DNA from: Mobula hypostoma
Lineage: Eukaryota
Direction of reading: 5' to 3'
Assembly (NCBI RefSeq): GCF_963921235.1
Contig: NC_086109.1
Coordinates: 2,728,001 to 2,792,000 of the forward strand
Length of the DNA stretch: 64,000 nt
The position numbers and the translations under genes were made by a program. Shown here one piece after another: positions 52,173 to 63,054 of the stretch; position 1 is the first letter of the stretch, and each line of letters starts with the position of its first letter. The notes beneath the pieces were generated by a model, which made no database searches, was not told the DNA's origin, and saw only the letters and a program-made list of their open reading frames with translations.

Positions 52173-52821
52173 TGTATTGAATCTGTCAGTCAGTCAGTGG
52201 GTGCGATACGAATCCGGGGTTGGTGGCTATGCACCTCCATCTTCTTCGATCTTGCGACAGCACCGAGTACAGCCTCTCCTCCAGTTTGTTCTCGCTGGCC
52301 GCCTTGACACTGCCCGCCACCGCCCCCGCCGAACTCGTGCCCGAGACCGTGTCGGCCTCCAGCTGCGGCCGCTTCTTCAAACTCGGCCCTTCCTTAGGTG
52401 GAGGCCTTGGGCAGGTCCAGGCACACGGTGCAGCGCCCAAGTTCATCATGTCTCTTCCAACTAGGTGCACAGCATACGATTCGTAGAAACGTGGTGAGGC
52501 TTTAATCTCTTCCACGGAAGATGGCCGTTGGCTCACAAGGAGCTCATCTGCCCTTTGTCAGGTCTTTTTTTTTTTTAGTCCTGCTGGGTGTCCTCACACC
52601 CTCCTCAACAGACGAAGTCTGGTGGGGCGGCCGGCCAAGTCCTCTACCCTGTTATCGTGACAAACAGGTCCCCAGCAGAGCTATACCTCGTTGTTATATA
52701 GTGATAGACCCGTGTCATGAGTACCAGTGTTGGGGCCCGCCCCCAGCCGAATCTCTCTGAGCATCCAGCGCCCGACCAAAAACCAATAGAGGAATAGTTC
52801 CTTCGAAGAAGAAGAATGTCA
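52173..52821 (-). mobile_element. Solo-LTR-like element, 649 bp, carrying a host gene fragment (copy 2: 54305-54952)
   Basis: Minus strand TGACA...AATACA; CCAAT 52783-52787, GC box ~52737-52744, TATATAA 52700-52694, ATTAAA 52506-52501. It replaces ~130 bp of host sequence, so there is no clean TSD. Confidence 0.55.
52257..52434 (-). pseudogene. ZFTRAF1: Circularly permuted 178-bp fragment of ZFTRAF1 (CYHR1) coding sequence
   Basis: 52434-52400 encodes [11 protein letters not shown]; 52399-52257 encodes PKEGPSLKKRPQ...[15 protein letters not shown]. The ZFTRAF1 motif as I recall it is [25 protein letters not shown]. Confidence 0.85.
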
Positions 52822-54388
52822 ATTTACCCTGATCTGACACAAACTCTATTTTATTGTCCATTTGCCTCTTCCTCTGCCCACCTGATCAAACAATCTCATC
52901 TCCCAGAAGTCTGAAGCTTTTGTACAACAAAGCAAGGAATTGAATGCAGACCGTGTGGATTGTCAGTCATGAAGGATTTAAAAAACTGTAGAACACTGAA
53001 TGAGCCAGGGACAGGGGAAGCAGTAAAAACAAATATATTCTTTGTAGTGGAAGGAATGGAGGCTGCCATTTTATGTGTGTTCTCTGTGGCCACCATTTTG
53101 TGAGCTGGCTACCCCCGGGGACGGTTTGATCAGAGCAGCAAACAGTAGATGCAGTGGGGTCAACAATCTGATAAATAAGAGATCATTTCCAAATAAAAAG
53201 CTCATTTTGATTTTGTCAGACTGTCAGGCTTATCAAAGAAACAGCCTGTGTGACCTGATGAAGACTGAGCTGCATATTTGGATGAACTGGGTTGAACAAA
53301 GGAAGTGACATGGGGTAAGAGCAATAAATTAATACTGTTTGTGGCCTTGTGCCGGATCCAGTGAGAGGCTGGCACAGGTCAGTCAGATGAAACAGAGCCA
53401 CTGAAATCAAAAAACAACAGTTTAATCGACAAGGCAGAGAATACGAATGAAGGGTTTCAGCGACACAAGAAGTGTGTGACCTTGGTGAAAGCCTTGCAAA
53501 GTTGTAACATGGTGGCAGGAAGTGGTTGAGGCTGTGAAACAGAAAATGGTGCTGGAGTCCAGCTGTCTCTGGAGTGAGAGAGAAAACACATACAGATGGG
53601 CAGCAGGAAGTTCTGCTGTCTCACAACTCCAGCAAACCCAGTTTAAACCTGGTTTTAGATTCCATCTGTGTGGAGTTTGCATGTTCTCCCAATGAAGGCT
53701 CAGTTTACCCCGGGTGCTCCCATTTCCTCCCAGATTCCAAAGAGACAAGGGTGGTGGGTTAATTGACCTCTATAAATTGCCCCCACTGAGAGGGTGAGGG
53801 ATAGAATGTGGGGGAGGTGATGGGATGAATGACCGCCTCTCTTTTTCTGTCTATGTCATTGGTACCAAAATGTACCAAGACTTCCGGCTGCTCGCCCACA
53901 TCACCACAGTCCTGACCAAAAGAACAGAAAAGCCAACATAAAGTGGTGGATATGGCCCAGTCCATCACAAGAAAATCCCTCACCACCACTGAGCAGATCT
54001 ACAAGGAGCACTGCGACAAGAAAGCAACGTGCATTATCAAGGACCCCGACCATCCAGTCCATAATCTCCTTTCATTGCTGCTGTCAGAAAGGAGGTACGG
54101 ACCTCAGGTTCCACACCACCAGGTTCAGGAACAGTTACACATCAGACTCCTGAACCAGTGTGGATAACTTCACACACCGCAACTCTGAATTGATTCCACA
54201 ACCTATGGACTCACTTTCAAGGATTTCATGTTGTAGAGCATATGAGGAGCATTTGATGGCTCTGGGTCTGTACTCACTGAAATTTAGAAGAATGAGTGTA
54301 AATTTGTATTGAATCTGTCAGTCAGTCAGTGGGTGCGATACGAATCCGGGGTTGGTGGCTATGCACCTCCATCTTCTTCGATCTTGCG

Positions 54389-54566
54389 ACAGCACCGAGT
54401 ACAGCCTCTCCTCCAGTTTGTTCTCGCTGGCCGCCTTGGCACTGCCCGCCACCGCCCCCGCCGAACTCGTGCCCGAGACCGTGTCGGCCTCCAGCTGCGG
54501 CCGCTTCTTCAAACTCAGCCCTTCCTTAGGTGGAGGCCTTGGGCAGGTCCAGGCACACGGTGCAGC
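54389..54566 (-). pseudogene. ZFTRAF1: Second copy of the permuted ZFTRAF1 fragment, produced by the tandem duplication
   Basis: Same structure at offset 2132. Confidence 0.85.
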
Positions 54567-57500
54567 GCCCGAGTTCATGTCTCTTCTAACTAGGTGCACA
54601 GCATACGATTCGTAGAAACGTGGTGAGGCTTTAATCTCTTCCACGGAAGATGGCCGTTGGCTCACAAGGAGCTCATCCGCCCTTTGTCAGGTCTTGTTTT
54701 TTTTTTAGTCCTGCTGGGTGTCCTCACACCCTCCTCAACAGACGAAGTCTGGTGGGGCGGCCGGCCAAGTCCTCTACCCTGTTATCGTGACAAACAGGTC
54801 CCCAGCAGAGCTATACCTCGTTGTTATATAGTGATAGACCCGTGTCATGAGTACCAGTGCCAGGCACCTGCCCCCAGCCTAATCTCTCTGAGCGTCCAGC
54901 GCCCGACCAAAAACCAATAGAGGAATAGTTCCTTCGAAGAAGAAGAATGTCAATTTACCCTGATCTGACACAAACTCTATTTTATTGTCCATTTGCCTCT
55001 TCCTCTGCCCACCTGATCAAACAATCTCATCTCCCAGAAGTCTGAAGCTTTTGTACAACAAAGCAAGGAATTGAATGCAGACCGTGTGGATTGTCAGTCA
55101 TGAAGGATTTAAAAAACTGTAGAACACTGAATGAGCCAGGGACAGGGGAAGCAGTAAAAACAAATATATTCTTTGTAGTGGAAGGAATGGAGGCTGCCAT
55201 TTTATGTGTGTTCTCTGTGGCCACCATTTTGTGAGCTGGCTACCCCCGGGGACGGTTTGATCAGAGCAGCAAACAGTAGATGCAGTGGGGTCAACAATCT
55301 GATAAATAAGAGATCATTTCCAAATAAAAAGCTCATTTTGATTTTGTCAGACTGACAGGCTTATCAAAGAAACAGCCTGTGTGATCTGACGAAGACTGAG
55401 CTGCGTATTTGGATGAACTGGGTTGAACAAAGGAAGTGACATGGGGCAAGAGCAATAAATTAATACTGTTTGTGGCCTTGTGCCGGATCCAGTGAGAGGC
55501 TGGCACAGGTCAGTCAGATGAAACAGAGCCACTGAGATCAAAAAACAACAGTTTAATTGACAAGGCAGAGAATACGAATGAAGGGTTTCAGTGACACAAG
55601 AAGTGTGTGACCTTGGTGAAAGCCTTGCAAAGTTGTAACATGGTGGCAGGAAGTGGTTGAGGCTGTGAAACAGAAAATGGTGCTGGAGTCCAGCTGTCTC
55701 TGGAGTGAGAGAGAAAACACGTACAGATGGGCAGCTGGAAGTTCTGCTGTCTCACAACTCCAGCAAACCCAGTTTAAACCTGGTTTTAGATTCCATTTCA
55801 TTCGTCCCATCACCTCCCCCATATTCTACCCCTCACCCTCTCAGTGGGGGAAATTTATAGAGGTCAATTAACCCACCACCCTTCTGTTTTTGGAATCTGG
55901 GAGGAAATGGGAGCACCCGGGGTAAACTGAGTCTTCACTGGGAGAACATGCAAACTCCACACAGGTGGAATCTAAAACCAGGTTTAAACTGGGTTTGCTG
56001 GAGTTGTGAGACAGCAGAACTTCCAGCTGCCCATCTGTACGTGTTTTCTCTCTCACTCCAGAGACAGCTGGACTCCAGCACCATTTTCTGTTTCACAGCC
56101 TCAACCACTTCCTGCCACCATGTTACAACTTTGCAAGACTTTCACCAAGGTCACACACTTCTTGTGTCACTGAAACCCTTCATTCGTATTCTCTGCCTTG
56201 TCGATTAAACTGTTGTTTTTTGATTTCAGTGGCTCTGTTTCATCTGACTGACCTGTGCCAACCTCTCACTGGATCTGGCACAGGGCCACAAACAGTATTA
56301 ATTTATTGCTCTTACCCCATGTCACTTCCTTTGTTCAACCCAGTTCATCCAAATACGCAGCTCAGTCTTCCTGAGGTCACACTGGCTGCTTCTTTGATAA
56401 GCCTGTCAGTCCGAAGAAATCAAAAACAGCTTTTTATTTGGAAATTATCCCTTCTTTATCAGATTGTTGACCCCACTACATCTACTGTTTGCTGCTTTGA
56501 TCAAACCATCCCCAGGGGTAGCCAGCTCACAAAATGGTGGCTGCAGAGACACACATAAAATGGCAGCCTCCATTCCTTCCACTACAAGAATATATTTGTT
56601 TTTACTATTTCCCCTGTCCCTGGCTCATTCAGTGTTCTACAGTTTTTTAATCCCTTCATGACTGACGATCAGGTCTGCATTCAATCTCTTGCTTTGTTGT
56701 ATGAAAGCTTCAGACATCAGGGAGATGAGATTGTTTGGTCAGGTGGGCAGAGGAAGAGGCAAATAGAGAATAAAATAGAGTTTGTGTTAGATCAGGGTAA
56801 ATGGACGTACCTGTATTCGGAGGCTGTGTCCTCTGGTCCAACACTCCTCCACCGTAAGAAGTACGGTCTTAAGAGGACTCTTATGCCCTGTGTTGAAGTC
56901 TTTCAACATTCGATAGGTTTCAATGAAATTCCCACTCACTCTTTCAAATTTCAGTGACTCCAGGCATCAAATGCTCCTCATATGCTCTACAACATGAAAT
57001 CCTTGAAAGTGAGTCCATAGGTTGTGGAATCAATTCAGAGTGGCGGTGTGTGAAGTTATCCACACTGGTTCAGGAGTCTGATGTGTAACTGTTCCTGCAC
57101 CTGGTGGTGTGGAACCTGAGGTCCGTATCTCCTTTCTGACAGCAGCAATGAAAGGAGATTATGGACTGGATGGTCGGGGTCCTTGATAATGCACGTTGCT
57201 TTCTTGTCGCAGTGCTCCTTGTAGATCTGTTCAGTGGTGGTGAGGGATTTTCTTGGGATGGACTGGGCCATATCCACCACTTTATGTTGGCTTTTCTATT
57301 CTTTTGGTCAGGACTCTGGTGATGAGATAAAAGATCAGTCATAGTCTCATTGATTGTGGAGCAGGAACGAGGGGCCAAAAATCCTCCTGGTTTTATTGTT
57401 CTTATTTGGTGTGAGGTGAAATACTGACATCAGTCAGTCCGCTCGTGACATCGAGCGCTGTGGCTTTCTGCTTGTGATCACACCTCTGTATTTCACCTTT

Positions 57501-58050
57501 TGCACAACACCTACTTTCTTGTCGACTGCTCTTCACAACGTACTGACTAGGGGATGAAGCTTTGTGCAGCCCACCAACGTCTACACTGTTCTGTGAGAAC
57601 AATGAACACCAGGCATCTGCTGATCTCCTGCTGGCTAACTCTCTGCAACTCACTCTGTAAGTTTGGTTCAGAGCAAGTTTTTGTCTTTAACATCCTTCTC
57701 TCCAGGTTCTCTGTTACTTTCTGGACTCGGGCATTTCTGGGTCCTTCACTACCAGGGCAAGGAGAGTGTAGGTTGGGCACAGTGAAGCTGTCTCTCCTGT
57801 CACACTCTCATAAAACATGAGTTTGACATAGAGAGCAAGAAAAGTTTGGTTACTGGTGGGTATTGGGACAGAGGATTGGCTTTTTCTGTAGCCATAGAAC
57901 CATCCTGCTTCTAATTCTGGAAACGGAGCTTAAGAAACAGGTATCAGTTGTTCACAGGATTGGGAAGGATTGGCAGAGATGTGGAATTAAGTACATGTGA
58001 CCCAGGACCCCTCAGATCCCTGGAAATGGGTCCTGGTCTGGAGATGTTTC

Positions 58051-61000
58051 TTTCTTTTTAAATCTTTTTATTAATTTTTCAAAATTATAAACTCAGTAAC
58101 AAAGTTGCTACAAAGAGATTGGAAAAATGTTCATCAGCATATATAAAATGAATTTTAAGTAACATAGATATAGAAGACTTCCAAACTCATAATGAGATTA
58201 AACATTAAAAAAAGAAATAAAAAGCAAGAAAATATACATATAAACAAAAAAAAACCCCAAAAGAAAAAGAAAAAAAAAACCCAAAAAAAGCAGAACAGGG
58301 CTAGACCAACATCTTGTATCAGACACGTTCAATAATGTTGTTAACTCTGCTCCACTGATTATATAATTTGAATTTAGAAAAAAGGTTCGGAAAGGTCAGA
58401 TTACATCATTATGAAAATCTTGCATAAAAGGTTTCCAAGTCTCTTCAAATTTAACCGAAGGGTCAAAAATATCACTTCTAATTTTCTCTAAATTTAAGCC
58501 TAATATGGTTTGAGAAAACCATTGGAATGTAGCTGGAGGATTGGTTTCCTTCCAGTTCAACAAAATAGATCTTCTCGCCATTAAAGTAACAGAAGCTATC
58601 ATTCGACAGGCTAAAGAAGACAAAGGTCTATGTTCTACCATTGGCAATCCAAAGATTGCCATAATAGGATGGGGTTTTAAATCGAAGCATAGAACTGTTG
58701 AAATGATATCAAAAATGTCTTTCCAATACTTTTCTAAAAGAGAACAGGACCAAAACATATGAGTTAAAGAAGCCACTTCAGAGTGACATCTGTCACAAGT
58801 AGGGTTTATATGGGAATAAAAATGAGCTAGTTTATCTTTGGACATATGAGCTCTGTGTACTACTTTAAATTGTAATAATGTACGTTTAACACATATAGAA
58901 GAAGTACTAATTGAAAATTTTTTTCCCATATCTCTATAGGTAGGGAAAGTTGAAGTTCCCTTTCCCATTCATTTTTGATTTTATCAGATATATCTGGCTG
59001 TAATTTCATAATTATATCATAAATTATTGCTATTAATCCCTTCTGCAAAGGATTACAACCTAAAATTTTATCAATAATGCCAGCATGATTTAAAGTCGGA
59101 AAGGTAGGCAATGTAGTATTTAAAAAATTTCTTATTTGTAGGTATCTAAAAAAATGGGACCTAGGCATATCAAATTTCTCAGATAACTGCTCAAAAAACA
59201 TAAAGCAGTTATCCAGAAATAGATCACGAAAACATATTATACCTTTCGTTTTCCATATCAAAAAGGCTTGGTCCATTACCCAGGGTTGGAAAAAGAAATT
59301 AGATGTAATAGGGCTTGATAACATAAACTTGTTCAGACCAAAAAATTTTATGAAATTGAAACCATATTCGCAATGTATGTTTAACTATAGGGTTGAAAAT
59401 TTGTTTATTCAATTTAGATAGTGCAAAAGTCAGTGAAGTTTCTAAAATGGAGGCTAAAGAAAACCCTAGTACAGAATGGCCTTCAAGGTTTACCCAATAT
59501 GGGCTTGGAGTTATATTCCAATCTTGTGTCCAAAATATTAAGTATCGGATATTAATTGCCCAGTAGTAAAATCTCAGGACAGGCAATGCCAAACCACCCT
59601 CTTTCTTAGATTTCTGTAAGTATTTTTTACTTAATCTGGGATTTCTATTTTGCCATATATAAGAGGAAATTTTAGAGTCAATAGTATCAAAAAAAGATTT
59701 AGGAATAAAAATCGGTATCGCTTGAAATAAATATAAAAATTTGGGTAAAATAATTATTTTAATAGCATTAATACGGCCAATCTGTGATAGAGCCAAAGGG
59801 GACCATTTAGTAATCAGTTGTTTAACCTGATTAATTAATGGTAAAAGGTTGAAATTGACAAGATCCTTACGTCTCTTAGTAATTTTAACTCCCAAATGAG
59901 TAAAATAATCAGTAATCACTCTAAATGGAGAGTTTCTATAAATGGGAACCTGCATATTTAATGGAAAGAGTTCACTCTTACCTAGGTTCAGTTTATAACC
60001 AGAAAAACTACTAAACTGAGCAAACAAAGTTAATACTGCCAGAATAGATTCTCCTGGGTTAGAAATATATAATAGTAGATCATCTGCATATAGTGATAAT
60101 TTATGAGTCTCATTTCCACAGGTAATTCCAAATATATTAGGGGAGTCACGAATAGCAATAGCTAGCGGTTCCAAGGCAATATCAAATAGTAATGGACTAA
60201 GAGGGCAACCCTGCCTAGTACCACAGAATAAATGAAAAAAAGGGGATCTTTGATTGTTAGTAAATACCGAGGCCAAAGGGGTAAAATATATCAGTTTGAT
60301 CCAGGAAATGAATATCGGACTAAAATTAAATTTCTCAAGGGTATTGAATAAATATATCCATCCAACTCTATCAAAAGCTTTCTCAGCATCCAATGAAATG
60401 ACACATTCTGGAATTTTGGGTGAAGGTGTATAAACAATATTCATTAATCTCCTAATATTAAAACAAGAGTAACGGTTTTTAATAAATCCAGTTTGATCAG
60501 CAGAAATAATTTGGGGTAATACATTCTCCAATTTCGTTGCCAATATTTTAGAAAAAATCTTAGAATTGACATTCAGCAGAGATAAAGGCCTATAAGATAT
60601 ACGTTCAGTAGGATCCTTACCTTTTTTAAGAATTAGGGAAATAGAAGCTCGATAAAAAGATTGTGGGAATTTACCTGTTGAGACTGCATCCCTAAAAACA
60701 CTACAAAGCCAAGGGGTTAGTGTAGTTGAAAAAAATTTTAAAAATTCTACTGTAAATCCATCTGGACCAGGTGCTTTACCTGAGTTCATTGAAAAAATAG
60801 CATTCTTTATTTCCTCTGCTGTAATAGGTACATCTAGTTTTGAACGTTCATTAGATGATAATTTTGGAATATTCAGTTTCTTAAAAAATTCACGCATTAT
60901 AGTGGAGTCATCAGGAAATTCTGATTGATAAAGGGAGGTATAAAATTCTTGAAAGGATTTATTAATCTTTTCATGGTCAACTGTCAAAGTGCCATCTTGT

Positions 61001-61523
61001 TTACGAATCTTAAGAATCTGTCGTTTAACTGAGGCCAATTTCAATTGATTAGCTAAAAGTTTCCCAGTTTTATCACCATGTATATAAAATGGACTCTTGG
61101 TTTTGATTAATTGACTTTCAATCAAAGATGATAATAAGAGATTATGTTCCATTTGAAGTTCAACTCTCTGTTTATAAAGTTCTTGATTAGGAGCTATAGA
61201 ATATTTCTTATCAACTTTAATCTTGTCGACCAGTTTAAGTATTTCCTTATTAGTTCGCTTTTTTAGTCCAGCAGTGTATGAAATAATTTGTCCACGAATA
61301 TATGCTTTAAAAGTATCCCAGAGTATCCCACTGGAAATATCATCCATGGAATTCGTTGTAAAGAAAAACTTAATCTGTTCATCAATAAATATAACAAAAT
61401 CTGAACCTTAAGGCAAAGTGGTATTAAATCGCCATTGTCTAGAATTAGTAGATGTATCCCTTAAGTTAATAAATAATTTCAACGGTGCATGGTCAGAAAC
61501 AGCATTAGAGTCATATTCGCAAA
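58051..61523 (-). mobile_element. 5'-truncated L1-clade LINE with frameshifted ORF2, 3' UTR and A-rich tail
   Basis: SDHAPL, KAPGPDG, SLDAEKAFDRV, GTRQGCPLSPLLF, LYADD (59299-61347); CDRC...HMFWSC knuckle (58396-58968); 11-bp TSD ggagatgtttc at 58040-58050 and 61524-61534. Confidence 0.95.
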
Positions 61524-62693
61524 GGAGATGTTTCATGGGAAAAGATCCTGATGGGGAATCGCTGTAGGAATGGTGGATGGTGGGGGCAGGAAGTGGTGGA
61601 GGGGCACTGGAATGGAGAAAGAGAGTGGAAATTGTTAACAGTCATCCTCGGTTTTGGTCCCAAGTGCTGGTTCTCACTCTCTCTCGGCAGACAGACTGTC
61701 GATCTGTCAATAGCCCAAATCACAATAATGGACATACAAGCAGTGAGAGAGAATGATAAATAAAATCCTGACATCATTGCCCAAAATGGTTGTTAACCTG
61801 CAGAATTAGTCATAAGCCTGAGGATTGAGACTGATTATGAACACAGCAAAGGGTAACAGATATATCGTTGAAGAAAGCGAAAATGGAAAGTTGAAGGATA
61901 TTAAGAACAGACTGTGAGAGCCAGAATCAGGACATGAAACAAACACAGCAGCAGGTACAACTGTAGTTCCCTTACAGACAGACGTGGGTATTTGTAATGG
62001 GGAATGAAGGAACAGTAGAGGAAATAACCATGGCTTTTTGTGTGTCTTTGTGGAACACACAAAAACCTGCCAGAAATACAGGATAGACAAGTGTTGAATA
62101 AAAGTGTAGAAACAAAATCAATCAGCATCAATGATGAAATAACATCATGAAAATGGATAATTGACACAGGCCTGATGATCTCCATCCCGGAGTCTGTGAC
62201 AAGGTGTCAGTAGAGTTACTGAACTTTCTGGTTATCACCTGGCAAACTCTAGTTTCAGGAATGGTTCCTACAGACTGTTTCAAAAAGGAGGGAGAGAGAG
62301 AAAACTGGGAACCACACATCTCCCCAGCTGACACTGGGAGCGGGGACAATGTTGGAATCTGTGATAATGGGTGAGAAATGGATGCTGAGGGGGAATTATC
62401 ACAAAGTTCACCAGACTGGTTTCTGATGTGGTGGGTCTGTCATGTCACTAGTGTGGGTAATAGACTAGGCCTCTATTCAAAAAGTTCAAAATAAGTTTTA
62501 TCAGAGTACAGATCTGTCATCACATACAACCCTGAGATTCTTTCTCTGCGGGCATACTTAGCAAATCTATAGAACATGAACTGTAAACAGGATCAATAGA
62601 CAACAAACTGTGAAAATGCAAATATAAATAAATATCAATAAATAACCTGTTCTTTAAGCTGGTGGTGTAAGTCCTGAGGCTCTTGTACCTTCT

Positions 62694-63054
62694 TTTTTTT
62701 TTACAGTTTATCAATAATAATAAAAAAACAAAATGTTAAACCTTTTTTTATGGAAAAATAAAGAAAAAAAGAACCCCTACTAACTAAAACAGAAAAAAAC
62801 CCCTAATAACAAAAAAAAGGGGGAAAAAAACCCATTTGGAGCACAAACCCAGAACTATATGCCATACAAGCTTCTATAAAAAAACAACATCAATCCGCCA
62901 ACCACATTTATAAATTATAAATTTATAAATAATAAATTTATAAATTTTTAAATTATAAATAAATTATAAATAAATGCGTTCACCAGCAACTTTGATGTGT
63001 GTTACATTTATAAATTTATTAATTTAGTTATTTATAAATTAATTTAATTTTTAT
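62694..63054 (-). mobile_element. Short chimeric poly(A) retro-insertion: L1-like 3' end, AT-only filler and a Penelope pLTR snippet
   Basis: 11-bp TSD ttgtaccttct (62683-62693, 63055-63065); T-run at 62694; absent at the homologous sites in U0, U1 and U2. Confidence 0.8.

Larger units (their letters stand above)
51701..55795 (+). repeat. Tandem duplication with 2132-bp period (51701-53832; 53833-55795 cut by the inversion)
   Basis: Identical junction gatgaatga|ccgcctctct at 51700 and 53832; ORFs offset by 2131-2132; about 98-99% identical by eye. Confidence 0.95.

Noticed and set aside
52186-52536. 116-aa ORF as a new chimeric protein
   Set aside because: It begins at a non-ATG codon inside an LTR-like repeat, the zinc-binding segment B is out of frame, and there is no expression evidence.
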